Below, in pieces: positions 46,871-61,266 of a stretch of DNA of 64,000 nt (the first letter of the stretch is position 1; every line of letters starts with the position of its first letter). This stretch comes from Octopus sinensis (Eukaryota): assembly GCF_006345805.1 (NCBI RefSeq), contig NC_043010.1, positions 61,318,001 through 61,382,000 on the forward strand, in the 5' to 3' direction. The notes below the pieces were generated by a model. The model worked only from the letters and a program-made list of their open reading frames with translations, was not told the DNA's origin and did no database searches. Made by a program: the position numbers and the translations under genes.

Positions 46871-47913
46871 GAAGTGTATGATTTTCAGGGAAAGGAGAAT
46901 CTATTGGCAGAGGAAGAAAAAGAATGTAGGAAGAAATCAAGGGAACTGCTGATCTATTATATGTAGATAACAGAATATTAAACAAAGCAGGAGTAAGGAA
47001 AAAGAATTTAGCTGTTGAATGGATAGATTAGAGGAAGGCTTACGACAATGTCCCACACAGCTGGCCCCTGGAGTGCTTGAGGACGCTCAGAGTCAATGAG
47101 AAGATAAACAACCTTTTTGGAGAATGCAATGAGAATGTGGGAAGTAGAAGTGAAATGTGCAAATGAATCGCATTTTCCAGGGAGTCTCACTCTCTCCGTT
47201 ACTCTTTGTTATTGCACTAATCCCCCCGACAAACATACTGGGAAAATCCAGGCCTGCCTATGAGTTTACCAAGATAGGAATACATCACCTACTTTATTTG
47301 GATGACTTCAAGCAATATACAAAAAAAGAAAGAGATCTGGATTCACTGATCTAAACACTGAGAGTATTCAGTAAAGATATTGGAATGCAATTTGTAATGT
47401 GTTCTTTACTAATTATACTAATTATAGAGAGGCTGGAAGGTAAAGTATGGTGGCGTAAAATTACCACCAGACAACGTCATCAGATCGTTGAGGAGTAATG
47501 AGGGATACGAATACCTAGGAGTACTGCAAGACAATAGGATAATGGAAGGAGAAATGCGAGAGGAAGTCACTAAAGAGTACAAGAGGAGAATTAGGAATGT
47601 ACTTAAGACAAAACTAAATGAAGGGAACATCATTAAAGTGATAAATACGTGGGCGATGACAGTGTTGAAATGCTCTACTCTCTTCTGAAATGGACAAAGG
47701 CCAAGCTGCAGCACTTGGACAGAATTCGAGAGTTACTCACAGAGCACAACGCACTCTATCCTGAAAGTAATTCATGATCTCTGCGCAGTGCCATAAGTCT
47801 CTTCATGCCCGAAACCAACTTGCAAGCACTTTTCACACACACACACACACACATGCACACACACACACACACTGCATACACAAACATACATACACACACA
47901 CACACCACACACA

Positions 47914-47953
<40 letters not shown>

Positions 47954-48039
47954 ACACACACAGAAGGAAGAATGTTGCATGTTGTTGATCTTTCATGGGA
48001 TTTCAGACAGGTGACACACACCCAGCCTTATAAATGAGT

Positions 48040-49262
48040 CCACAACCAAGCGTTTCACACCTTCAACATTTTACGTTCTCATTGAAGTTCTGATAACAGC
48101 ACCTTTAGGCTTTTGTGTTCAAGGCAACCCTCTTGAAAAAGTTTTACAACCTTCCATTATATTCTTCCTGCACTCAGCTCTTTCTGAAGCAAGTCCTTCC
48201 CAGTGCCTTACATTGATTTGCAGTTCCTTCAGGTTGCCTTTTATGCAGTCTTTGTACTTTTTTTTTGTAGTTTGTGCTGAGGATACTTCCAAAGCACAAC
48301 TCACTGTAAACAACTGCTTCTGAATTTCATTATCTTCTGTAAGCATCTGAGTAAATATGATGAGGGATGGGAAGCTAATGCACCCTGCCTTTACAAGAAC
48401 TTCTGAGTCAGGTTTGTAATTTTTCCCCTTGAACTTGAATATGTGTTTCAAACACATTTTGTAAAAGTGTTCAAGCAGCTTCTGATGACTTGGGTGTACT
48501 TGCCATGTTTCAGAAGAGTACAGTCGAGCCATTTGTCTGCAAGTCTTGCCAACGTCGAGCTTGGTCTTGCTGGGGATGCTGCAATTTGCCCAGGCTCCCT
48601 TTTCAAGTTTCCCAAATGCTACTGATGCTTTCTGAATGTGTAGATGTGTTTCTGCATCTAGGGAATCATCTCTTGATAACATGTTGCCCAGGTAAACAAA
48701 AGTGTCAACCACATCCAATTCTGTACCATACACTATATCTGGTTCAACATACAGTTTGCTTGTTGCAGGTGTAAATATTACCTTGTTTTTCCAGATTTAT
48801 TCTAAGACCAAAGATTTTACATGAAGCAGCAAAACGATCCATTCTGTGTTGTTTGTCTTCGTCAGTGTGAGCCGGGAAATCGACTTCATCTTCATAAAAA
48901 GGGGTTCCCTGATCAAATTTTCAAGCGTTTCCCATTTGATGTTGAACCATCTCAAGTTGAAAACTCTTCCAATAGTTCTAAACTGCAAGAGGACACCCGT
49001 ATCACAGTCATGGGATGTATGCAACGCAGAAGAGCAACGAATATCGAAGAGCGTAGAAGCAAGAAGATCGCCTTGCTTCACTCCATTATCAATCGGAACT
49101 TCGTTCCACAGTTTTCCGTGGAAGACGACCCGAGCGTTCATGTTTTGGTACAACAGCATAAACATCCTTACACCCAACTTTTCCAAGGCTTTTCCACAAT
49201 GCAGCTCTGTTAACTGCATCAAAAACCTTCGTTAAGTCAACAAAGACTTGATATAAAAGCCC
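48040..49262 (-). pseudogene. RTE-clade LINE RT fragment
   Basis: LEKLG..LYQNMNARV..NGVKQGDLLASTLF..FNLR..VVDTFVYLGNML..ASVAFGKL..KDCIKGNLK with frameshifts. Confidence 0.85.
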
Positions 49263-49336
49263 CTACTTTTCAGTGCATTTCTAATAGAGAATATCATACA
49301 TATACACATACGTACACACACGCGGCCACACACACA

Positions 49337-49379
<43 letters not shown>

Positions 49380-49382
<3 letters not shown>

Positions 49383-50531
49383 GGTTTCGTAAAAAGTAAG
49401 CAACGTTTTGAATCATGAAGAATGTGTACTGGACTTTTGCAGAGCTTTGAATTTTTTTAAACATTTTTTTTTTGCAATTGTCTGATAATAAAGACAGATT
49501 CGCCCAAATGCATCAATAAATTAACATTGATATTTTTTTCACCGTTGTTACAATCATCTGAAATGGAACTGTCAAAGCGCGATATTCGAGCAATTTTGCT
49601 ATTCAACTTCGAAAAAGGACGTAGAGGACACACATCAGTCATCGATGACAGTCAATTAAAGACTGCCATTGAGAATGATCCACGTAAAACCACTCGAGAA
49701 TTGGCAAAAGAATTTCAGGTTAGTCAGAAAACTGCCTGCAACCATTTGCATGCGATCAGAAAATCAAAAATGCTCAACAAATGGGTACCACACGATTTGA
49801 ATGAAAATTAGGAAATGCACAGATATGAAATTTGCTCGTCGCTTCTCCGTAACCAGACCGATCTATTTCTCGACCGTATTGTAACTTGCGAGGAAAAGTA
49901 GATTCTGTACAATAGTAAAAAACGATCTTCACAGTGGTTGGACCAAAATGAAGCACCGAAAATCTTCCCTAAACCCGAGCTCTTCAAGAGGAAGATTATG
50001 GTTATTGTTTGGTGGTGTACAGCTGGACTCATCCACTATGATTTCTTAAAACTCGGAAAACCATTACTGCAGAAACATATTGCCATGAAATTGCGAAAAT
50101 GAACAATAAACTGCTACTCCTCCATCCCAGACTGGTCAACAGAAGAGGGCCAATCATTCTGCATGACAATGCTCGACCACACATTTTACTAATGATGCTC
50201 CAGAAGTTGAGAGAACTTGGCTACGAAGTTCTTCCCCACCCAGCTTATTCTCCAGACCTTTCTCCTACCGACTACCACTTTTTGAAGCACTTCATTGTTT
50301 CCTACAAGAGAAGGAGTTCAAAAATCAAACCAATGCTGAAAGTGCGTTCAAAAAGTTCATCAGCTCCAGAACTCCAAATTTTTATGTTATCGGAATAAAC
50401 AAACTTGTAATTCGTTGGCAAAAATGTGTTGATTGCAACGGTACTTACTTTGAATAAGATTTCCGCATTGTTGAAATATATTGTGATGAATTTCATGTTT
50501 CAAAACGTTGCTTACTTTTTACTCAGCCTGA
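49380..50531 (+). mobile_element. mariner (DD34D) element with decayed transposase
   Basis: TIR core GTAAAAAGTAAGCAACGTTTTGAA at both ends; WVPHDL, IVTCEEK, LHDNARPH and HPAYSPDLSPTDYHF motifs. Confidence 0.92.
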
Positions 50532-50689
50532 TATAAACGAATGTATGTATGTAAGTAGGTATGTATGTGTATGTATGTATTTAAGCGCTTGTTTTTTTTA
50601 TAAGAATCCCATAATTTAATCTTCCTCCATAAAAATGTTTATATTATTTCAGTTAAGTCGCAACATATATTCATATACAATCTCTGATA

Positions 50690-51618
50690 AATGGTGATAA
50701 GTCGAAGTCACGGGTTTGTACTGTCACCTCCTCTGTTCATAATCTTTATGGACAGGATTGACATGCACAGCCAGGTTGGAATCAGTATCAAGAGTGGCAG
50801 ATGTAGGATCAGGTGGCTAGATTTTGAAGATGCATGGTACCACTCAGTTCATTGGGAGGTGGTTGCCAATGTGCACATTAGAAGTTTCCTACCAAATGCT
50901 GCTCAACAGGAATGAATATTAGTATTCTCAAGACTGAGACACTCATCTGCTCAAAGAAGCCTGCTTAATGTACTCTTACATGTGAGTGGAGTTCCACTGA
51001 AGCAGGTGGGGAAGTTCAAGTGTCTTGGGGTCATCTTCATGAATGATGGAAGACAGGAGGACAAATTAGGTGCAGTAATGGTGCCAGTTCAACATTCGGT
51101 CATCAGAAGATGGGATTTAGATGTAAAAATCAAACTCGCTATCTTCAATTCGGTATTTGTACCTACCCCTAACTTTGGTCATGAATCTTGGGTAATGCCT
51201 GAAAGACTACGATTGCATATAGAAGCAAGATGGGGATTTCCACCCAACAAAGGGTTGTTGAAGTAACATTAATCAATAAAGTGCAAAGCTTGGAGATCAG
51301 AGAGCCACTCCAGATAGAGCCACCACTTCTCTGAATTGAAAGGTCACAGCTTTGATGTTACAACATGTAAAAATTACTCAGGAATGCATTTCTGAACAAG
51401 TATTACGGGCAAAACCAAACAGCAAGAGACCCCCAGGGGTAGAGAACAAACTTAATGATTGGATGACATTCATGAGCTTGGTTGGTCTCACTTGGGAATA
51501 CAGCCAATCAATTGGGGACAATTGCTTTTGAGGGGACACGATGGAAGGCATGCTTGAGGACTCTGTCCCAGCGACCCTACCAGGATTAAATGGGCAAAGA
51601 AGATGAGATGAGATGAGA
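50690..51618 (+). pseudogene. RTE-clade LINE RT/C-terminal fragment with (GATGA)n tail
   Basis: GFVLSPPLFIIFMDRI, LKQVGKFKCLGVIF, GHESWVM. Confidence 0.75.
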
Positions 51619-51851
51619 CAATCTGAGGATAGCAGGAGTCTCTTCACTCCACTACATAAACATAGTTAAACAATAAACTTCTATAATGTGTTGGCAACAT
51701 GGTAAGCGTATAGTAAGATAACCAGACAAAGTCATTAGTAAAAGAAGTTAGGAAAGGTAAAGGAGAAAGATGGAGGGAAATAAAATAAACTAGAACAAGA
51801 GAGAATACAATAAACAGTAGTGGAGTGGAAAGAGGTATGAGGAGGAGGTAG

Positions 51852-51998
<147 letters not shown>

Positions 51999-53486
51999 GT
52001 TCATTTCATAAGCGCTTTCGAATCAATGATTCTTCTTTAGACTTTCTTAATCACTATTTATCGCTCTTTCTTCATGACTACTAATGCTGGTTAAAGATCC
52101 TGTAAGCAGCAGATGTGTTCCCATGCATCCAGCTCATTACGGCAGTTCAACGTAGGTGCTTTTTCCTCATGAAGTGTGCCTTTGTAATCTTGAAGCCAAC
52201 TGCATCTATCCTTCCCCCTCAGTTGTAGAAATCCCAATCACAGTGTTGGTGGTTTTGGAAGACGGCACCGAGTGGTGTAGCTTTGGTATAGATGTTTCTT
52301 CGCTCTAAGGTGATCGCGTCTCATGTAGGTCGTACCGCAGGAGCGCGTTGGATTTAAAGCACAGTCGGACACTGTCCGTTGGTAGGGTTGTTCGGACTGG
52401 ACATTGGTTTAAGCAGAATATGTCCGGTATGTTATTGATGTGTGAGAGGTAGCGTCAGATCGTGTGACCCCGTCTCATGATTCTGACGGAAAGACAAGAT
52501 CTCTTGATGCCGCTTCTTAACTTCTTCTCCACCATCTCTCCCTAGTACGGTGGATCAACGTAGACCCAGTGTTTATTCTTCCCCCGTTTCTTCCTTTTTT
52601 CTGTCGTTCTTCTCGTATATGTCGCCAACTCTGCCGCTTTTTCGACCGTTTATGGTTCCAGTCTCTGCAGCACCATTTTGGTCTCTGCCATTGCTGTCGC
52701 TGTTACTGCTGTTGTAAATTCCGCCGAGGTCGACTTTGTCTTTCATCCTTTCGGGCTTCAGAAATTAGTGAAATTAGTGAAGCACCGAACTCGATTTCAT
52801 CGCCTTTCGCACTCTCCTGAAAATGTCGGCCTTTTACCAAAATACGAAACCAATATACTTTACAACTCTTTCCTGGTGACCTCAACACAGCAAAACCTGC
52901 ATCACCAAGGCTGGCATCGTAGACTGTATCCACCAAAAGACCACCTATACATACATCGTACACTGCACCACTCCCTCCATGACCATCCGACAGACGACTA
53001 ATATGAAGTCAAACTCAAACTGCAAACTCACAAATATGGCGTGTCCTTTCTACATCTTTTCTACCACGACTGCAGCACATTCTGCTTCTCTTCCAAACTG
53101 GTTTATCTTCCCATTAACCCACACCCTTCTTCTTCTCCCCTACCCCATATATTCACCCACCCCACCCCCGTCTCAAACTTCATACTAACAACTAGGCTCG
53201 GTCTCCCCCCTCCCAGAATATTATCCCTCAGGAATCTGATCCCTGCCTAAGTTTTTCCTTCGCTCTTGAGTTACAATTCAAGAAGGGTTTCCTCACCAGT
53301 CTCTCCGATGTCAGAAGGGAGTGTGTGTGTGGGAGTCGTTCAAAGCCCGTGGGTGGCAGCTTCTTCCATTTTACCAAATCAATAACAATCAACTATAAAG
53401 GTCTGAAACACTTGGATCTTTAAAGAAATCTTTACACAGGGTCACTATGACTCTGCGGGAAGACAAAAGGGGTTCGTTATCTTACA

Positions 53487-53528
<42 letters not shown>

Positions 53529-53559
53529 CTAACTTTCATAATATTATTGTGTGGCATTG

Positions 53560-53760
53560 TGTTCTGCGAGTTGGCAGAGTCGTTATGGCGCCGGACAAAA
53601 TGCATGGTGGCATTTCTTCCGGCTTTACGTTCTGTGTTCAAATTCTGCTGAGGTAGACTTTGCCTTTCATCCTTTTGGGGTCGATAGAATAAGTATCGAC
53701 TGAGCATTGGGGTCAATGTAATCATCCAGCCCCACCCCCACCCCATGAAAACAGAATTTC
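53560..53760 (+). mobile_element. SINE family B, degenerate
   Basis: GTTCAAATTCTGCTGAGGTAGACTTTGCCTTTCATCCTTTTGGGGTCGATAG. Confidence 0.8.
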
Positions 53761-56190
53761 TTCCTAGGCCTTGCCTTATGTCTATCGTAAATGACGATTT
53801 GTGACAAAGCTGGGATGTCGACATCCAGCACAATTCCCCTGACGTGTTCCCATTCAGTTTCTCCTTCTCAGAGAAAGTGGCTGAATATCCCACAAACGAT
53901 TGTATCCTGAATGTGACCTCTACACAGAATCACGATCACGCCACATCGTGTATAATATGACTGCTTCTCAAATTTAAAAGACAGCTCGGTTGACGGCCTT
54001 TCTCACAGTTTCCGTCGAACCAATTTCATTCACCAAACTCGAGAAGTTTTCGAAGCAATAAACTCTCTTGTTATGGTTTGTAAACAACAGAGACATCTTC
54101 TAAGATGTATATTCTATGAAACTACTTGTTCGTACAAGTCTGAAGATCAAATGAACAGCAGGGGTTTCGTTGTGCTTTTAAACAGTTTACCTAATTCTTA
54201 CTCGGTTCAATTATTTGTCAAGTATAGGGACCAGTTCTTTGGACAGCGGTGTGGCCTATCATATACAGACATCCTCTGGATTGAAAGATTTGTTTCTGAA
54301 CTGCTTATTACTATAAAGCCAGTGTCGACCGTTTAGTGACATTGGGGCTTGTTTTGGAGCTGCTAGGACGTATTTTAGCCTCCGTGTCCCCAACAAAAAT
54401 CAACACTGTTGTTTACTCAACTTATAATATATTCTCCCATTGATTTCGGCGTTTGAAAAGTCCAGCATCTAACTGTCAGACGACCCTCGCAGTACAGACG
54501 ACTTCTTTATAGTGGCAAAGGCTTGTATAGGACCAGCAACATATTTGGAAATGCTGGTGGCAGGAATTTAGTGCAAATGTTTACTAAAACCTCAACGATG
54601 AACAAACCCCAGGTTTTTTCTACCAGAGTTCTCCATATCCTGGGGTAGTTGTCTTCACCACGACTTAGAGTCTACCCCAGCCCCTGGTAGGCTAAATGTG
54701 CACGTGGATATCATGTATCTGGATGGCCGTTGGCTTTTCTGAGTTCATCTACTTTGGACGGGCCTCTTTTTTTTTTTTTTTTTTATCTCGCAGGGTGTCT
54801 AAAAGCCAGTCCTCTCTCCAAGCAAGCTCGGCGGGGTTTTCGGTTCAGTTGCCGACGGTCGGACCACGTGACAGGTTGTACTGGGTCACATGTTACCAGT
54901 AGAGCTCGCGAGTGAGCTGACCGTAGCTCAAAATACCAGGGGACGAATATCGGTGTTGGGCAATACTGACACAACTTGGGAGCTAAACAACTGGCCACTT
55001 CACTACCACCGCACCATAGTAGTAGTAGTAGGAGGAGGAGGAGGAGTAACAACAACGAAGTCTTGTGACACCACAACCACCACCACCACTACAAGAGCCA
55101 CACCTCTCCCTTGCCCTCACCACCACCACCACCACTGCCATTCCGGATTCTCTCACCAACTCCACCACCACCCCCCCAATCCTAAGTGGTCGCTAGACCT
55201 GCTAGAAATAACGACTACATTTCATTCAAATCATATCCATTTCTGTCTTTAAAAAAACAGAAGGAAACAGATCTCAAGTATACAGCATTTCTATATAATA
55301 AACGAGATGGTCACGGCTGGGATATCTTTGACGATCTCCATCAGAGCTGGCTTGGTGTTAAATAACATCATCACCACCACCACCACCACCACCACCGCTA
55401 CCATTGTCATCCCATCATCCCCCTTCCACCACCACTTTCACACCTCCTCACCATGAGGCTCCAATCAGAGAGCTTCCATATGGCCGCTGAACCTGCTAGA
55501 AATAGCAGCTAAATTTGTTCAAATTACACCCTGCTGCTTTGGGGGGGGAGGAAATATTTGATACGGTTTTCCAAGGTAACTACAAAAGACAGAGTGGTCC
55601 TGGTTGGAGCCGCCTTTGATCATAGATCTGCTCGATCAGAGCTGACCTTGGGTTAAACAACCCCACCCCACTTCTAGAAACACCAGCCACTACCACCACT
55701 ACCGCCCATATCCATCAAGATCTACCACACCCACTCACACCACCACCACCACCACCACCACCACCACTACCACCATCAACAACAACAACAACACGCTCAA
55801 GACTAACCTCCACAACCACCACCACCACCATTAAACAAAAACCTCCTCTCACTCGACAAATCAGCTATCATGCACTGATCGCACTCAACTAATTAAAGGT
55901 GTGATTAAAAGACTCTGTGACGTCACTGGCGCCTGAATTGGTTTATCTCCCTTCGACGATTTTTTATATACAAGATTGAACGCGAATCATTTAGAGTTAT
56001 GTCCCCTAACCTTTTTTTTATCATTATAATTAATAGAGCACAATTTTTTTTTATGCAAGTGGTCATATACATATATATATATACTTGCGCATATACCTTG
56101 TTATAGGTATGTGTCACATATATATATATACATACATAATACACGCATACATACATACCTACATACATACATTCATTCATGCATACATTT

Positions 56191-56256
<66 letters not shown>

Positions 56257-57298
56257 ATATATATATATATATACATATATATATGTAATACATTGATTTA
56301 TTAGAAAGGTTCTATGAAGTATATGGTAGAACAGGTAGTGAATGGACGAAACTTTGATGCGGGGCCTTAAGATCAAAGATAAAGTCAACGAAGGTTTCGA
56401 GCTTTGATAATTAGGAGAAAAAGGGTTTAAGTTATTTGCCTTCGATTTCTTAGTGTAGGACAGGACATACTTTATAGCCAACAAGGCAATGTTTAAGAAA
56501 ATACGACGTTGCAGCATATTATGCCGGTAACCAAGCCATATTATACTTGATGCAACGAAACTCCTTAACTCACACCAACCTTTCTTGTACAATGTTTTAA
56601 AACAGTTGTGTGTTTCTTTTGTAAGTCCATTTCAAGAGACCCACGTAAAGATCATTGCTAAATATTGATCTATATTCAATACTTTTGACCTTGAGTAACA
56701 GGTCAGTATTTAAGACAGAGTTGACATATATCTCGACAGTCACTTTTTTCTTTTTTTAATTTCACAACTTTTCACTTTTCACAATGGCTAAATACGTCTA
56801 ATGATTGTGAAGATTAAGATTTCAACCAACTAACTTTCGACTCAGAAGTCTTGAAAGGAAGATAGATGAACCTTTGATGAACTGAAAATTGACGAAATAG
56901 TTTGAATATTTAAAGAAGAAATATACCAAAGATGTATTGAGTCGTTAATTCTTCACTCGTTATTCTCTTAAAATACGAATGAATATTCTACCAGAAATTA
57001 AAGCTACATCCGTAGGGCTTGGCTCAATAAGCTTCTTTTTGTATAAAAACATTAAGACCTCTATTTCACCCATTCCTACTTGGCTATTTCTGTACAATTT
57101 GTACGAAACCTTTAATGAGTTATGAGGTCATTGTAAATTACAAATTAAAGTATAAAACAACATCGCTGATTATTTTCATTTCCTAATTTCATTTGGTATT
57201 TTCTGAAGTTTCGTTCAACTCATGACAAACAACAGATGTTCAAGTCAACACACACACACACACTCACACACGCACTCAAACACACACACACACACACT

Positions 57299-57383
<85 letters not shown>

Positions 57384-58791
57384 CACGTGTAGAAACAACT
57401 GAACTCAGAACGGAATCTCTTGTACTGTTGAAACTGGTTTCTATTCTTAGTTGTATTTTTTTCTGAAATGGAAACCAAAACCGAAAAGAGAAATATTCTT
57501 TTGGGTTCTAACAGAAAAAAAAAAAAAGAGAAAAACGTTTCTACTCTCTTTCACAAAATATAAATTGAACAACCAGTTATAGAAAATAAAGTCCAGTTGT
57601 TGACAGTTTCCATTCTTTGTTTTATAGAATCTATCCCTAAACCATGGCACCATTCATTAACCATACAAATGCAAGGCTTGAGACTTTAAGTAATAAAATA
57701 AAGAAAAAATAATATTATTTATACAATTTGTTTCCACGAAATCTTTGGTTGAATAGACCCATGTAAACATACAATCTACCCTAGATACTCTAGACAGTCT
57801 TTTATCCACCCGAGGCAGTCTTTAAAATGTGACACAAAATGGTCCATAAGTGAGATGATAAAACTATTACATTGACGTATACACCCAGCTGAAACAGACA
57901 AGGAGAACTTTTTTTATAAAAACTATTATCTTTATATTTTCTTAAGATGTTTCAGATAAATTTTCCTAACAAAACACAAAGCAAATTGGATTTTTTTTTA
58001 AGTAGCAAATCTAAAATAGAAGAACAAGAGAAATTTGTTTAAAGTCAAAAACGAAATAACTACAGAAATTTGGGGTGTATTGTGAAATATATAGTGTTAC
58101 ATTAATCCACCCGGAATTAAATTGCATTAGCTGAGACACTTTGAGACTTTCCATCAAATACATAGACTTTCTGGCAACAGCTTTTTCAAATTTTATGAAG
58201 TTTTTTCTTTTAGTCATTCGTTGTAAACTTTCATGTAATTCTGAGACAAGCAAAACTGTCCTCCTTTTATGAAAACTGTATCAGTTATTTTTTATGAGAC
58301 TAAATCATTTCTATTGCTAGGTTTTGGTAGTAGGAAATGTTACATGGCTGACAAATGGGATGTAAATTGTTTAAATACTTTCAAATCAGACGTTTCTAGA
58401 ATAAGGCATGAACAGACTGTATGTTTATAAATAAAAACACTAATTAGACATAATTGTTGTCTACTCGAATTCAGAACCATGGCATCAGGTAGAATTTGTT
58501 GGATTATAACAAATTTGAACACATATTTATGTAAAATTATACCCAAGTTAACCAGTTATTTGTATAAAAATATAAAGATTTTTAAGGAGAGTTAAAACAG
58601 AAATCTAAATAAGAAGAGATTTAACAATTTATGAGGAGAGAAATTCTTCCATCAGCTATAATTTCAATTCATATTAATGTTTTAGTTATGAATTTTGAAA
58701 ATTAAACAGCAACATCAACTAATGTTTGTTTATTCGATTCATTTTCCGTAAAATTCTGAATGGTGTTTCAGGTTTTATGTGCAATAATGTA

Positions 58792-58839
<48 letters not shown>

Positions 58840-58848
58840 ATAATATAT

Positions 58849-58913
<65 letters not shown>

Positions 58914-58932
58914 GTGTGTAATTTATGTACAT

Positions 58933-58963
<31 letters not shown>

Positions 58964-59051
58964 TATATACATATATATGCACATATACATACATACATAC
59001 ATACATACATACATACATACATACTACATACATACATACATACATACATCA

Positions 59052-59125
<74 letters not shown>

Positions 59126-61204
59126 TCCTTCTCGATATATATTTTAGACCCTTCTAGTATTTATTAGTCATTCTATGAAGGCTGAATCCCATATTTAACA
59201 CACGCACGCACACACATCTTTATATATTTTTATACGTTAGCCTGTCTAGTTCTGTCGTTTTATGTTAACGAATATTAAGGTGTGTCAGTAAGAAACATGT
59301 AAAGTTTAATTACAGGTGATAACTAAAATGTTTAATTACAGGAGAAACCTGATATATTGTAGTTTAGATTCTACCTGTAAATAATCACCTCTATATTAAA
59401 TTGAAAGGAAATACAGTTATTGTTAAATGGAAAAGGAAATATCGGTGAATTAATTAAGGCAACAAAAATATAAATGAAATGACATTAGATCAGAGTCCCA
59501 ATACATTATACTTTAGAGTATGGTTGTAAGAAAAATGTCAGATTTTAAGAGGAAGATTTACTTTAAGAAATACGAGGAGACATCTTTAAAATTGGAAAAT
59601 TAACAAGTTATATAAATGAGGAACTTTTTTTAAATACCAAAACATTCAAATTAATTAAGAGTTTATTCAAATGTTGTTGTGTTCTAGTAAATAGAACTGG
59701 ATAAATCGAACTGCAGTAATTGGGGCTAATCGAAACGAGCAATTATTTGGTTTTTTGTGTAGTATTTGATGAAGAATATGGGGCAAATATACAGCAGTTG
59801 AGAAGTAATGATGTGTGTCAGTATTGTAATGTATGTCATGAAAAGAACATATGTAAGTTTGGGTCCCCTTTTAGTTTATTAATTAATTTATTAATTAGTT
59901 TTTTTTTTCTTCTCTAGAATCATAAACGGGTCTAGCAAAATCACCGACTGGGAGACTCTAGCTTTATTGTGTGAACGATTCAGGTAGTAACTTTTTGTTA
60001 AGACTTGAAAATAGAAAAAGGAAAAGCTAGGTAAGTTGGAAGAGACGTAGCTATACAAATGAAGGTGTTGTTAGATGAACGTAGAAATCCTTTTCGTTAT
60101 TAGATTCATCCTGATTCTTTTAGGCTGCCCGCCTCTTCACACATGATGAATTGGGTGTCTATATTATTTATCAATTAGCAAATTACTCAATTAGCAAAAC
60201 AATCTTAGTGACGTTCAAAGCTGAACTTTATACCGTATCACTAGAATAAATATTAACTGGAACCTATGAAATGTAGCGTAGTGAAGGACATAGATAGTCT
60301 CTCGCCGTGAAGCCACTACACCTATTAACCAATACGTTTAGAGTTACAATATTTTTGTGTTGGAGAATTTTAGCTTTCCAGGTTATTCCTCAACTAGTGA
60401 GTCCGTTCACTGCCATAATTTTCGAGAGAGAAACTATTTGATATGACTATAAGCCAAAGTCTACAGTTCTACCACCAGCATTAGTGAATAAATTAACTTT
60501 AGTTTTTTTTCCTATCTCTTCAAAGGGAGAGACACGGAAAGCAGATCTAGTTTAGATATGGTAGGAAAATAACCAAAATCAATGTAATTTCTTTCAGACG
60601 AATTCCAGCAAGACAGACAAAAAGAAACAAAGAATTCTTGTGAGAGCGTTCAGTGTTTTTTCTTGCCGTTGTTTTCTGTAACATTTCTATGTGGTGGGTA
60701 GTAATATTGACCAATTATGGTTTGTCTAGATTATGAGATTATCAAGCAGTTAGCCTCCACATTCCCACTTCTAAATACAAACTGAAAAGTGAAAAATAAC
60801 TCCACAGAGAAGAAAAGGAACATTGCTATCGATGCTGCAGAAGAGAATCTGCAGAAAATTACGTAAATATCTGTGTGTCTGGCAAATTGGTTTCTCATCT
60901 GGGTCGGAAGCTTTTGAGTGAATCAAGGTCTGTCACGAAAGGAGCCGTCCTAACTTTCCGTAAGGCTTTCAAAGGGAGGACTTTCCTCTCTCTCTTCACT
61001 TATTGCAACCTGTCAGTCCTGATTCTAAGAATTATTAAACTTAATCAAATTGAACCTTTTTTCTAATTTACATTTAGAGAATATTTTAGACATACTTATA
61101 TATGTGTGCATGTATGATCATGTATGTGTACATATATGTATGTATGTGTACGTCTGTATATGAATTTCTATACATACACACACATTCATTTATGCATGTA
61201 TGTG

Positions 61205-61266
<62 letters not shown>

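Larger units (their letters stand above)
42930..47760 (+). pseudogene. Fragmented RLE-type LINE (N-terminal part and RT), interrupted by a mariner and an RTE fragment
   Basis: RRKWTQNDDRTVMEC (about 43125); AASVVVEILG..PRWERR (45625 on); RKAYDNVPHSW; FQGVSLSPLLFVIAL; HLLYLDDFKQY; YEYLGVL; INTWA. Confidence 0.7.

Noticed and set aside
59715-59745. TAATT..GAAACGAGC-AATTA
   Set aside because: No core and no valid NUH.
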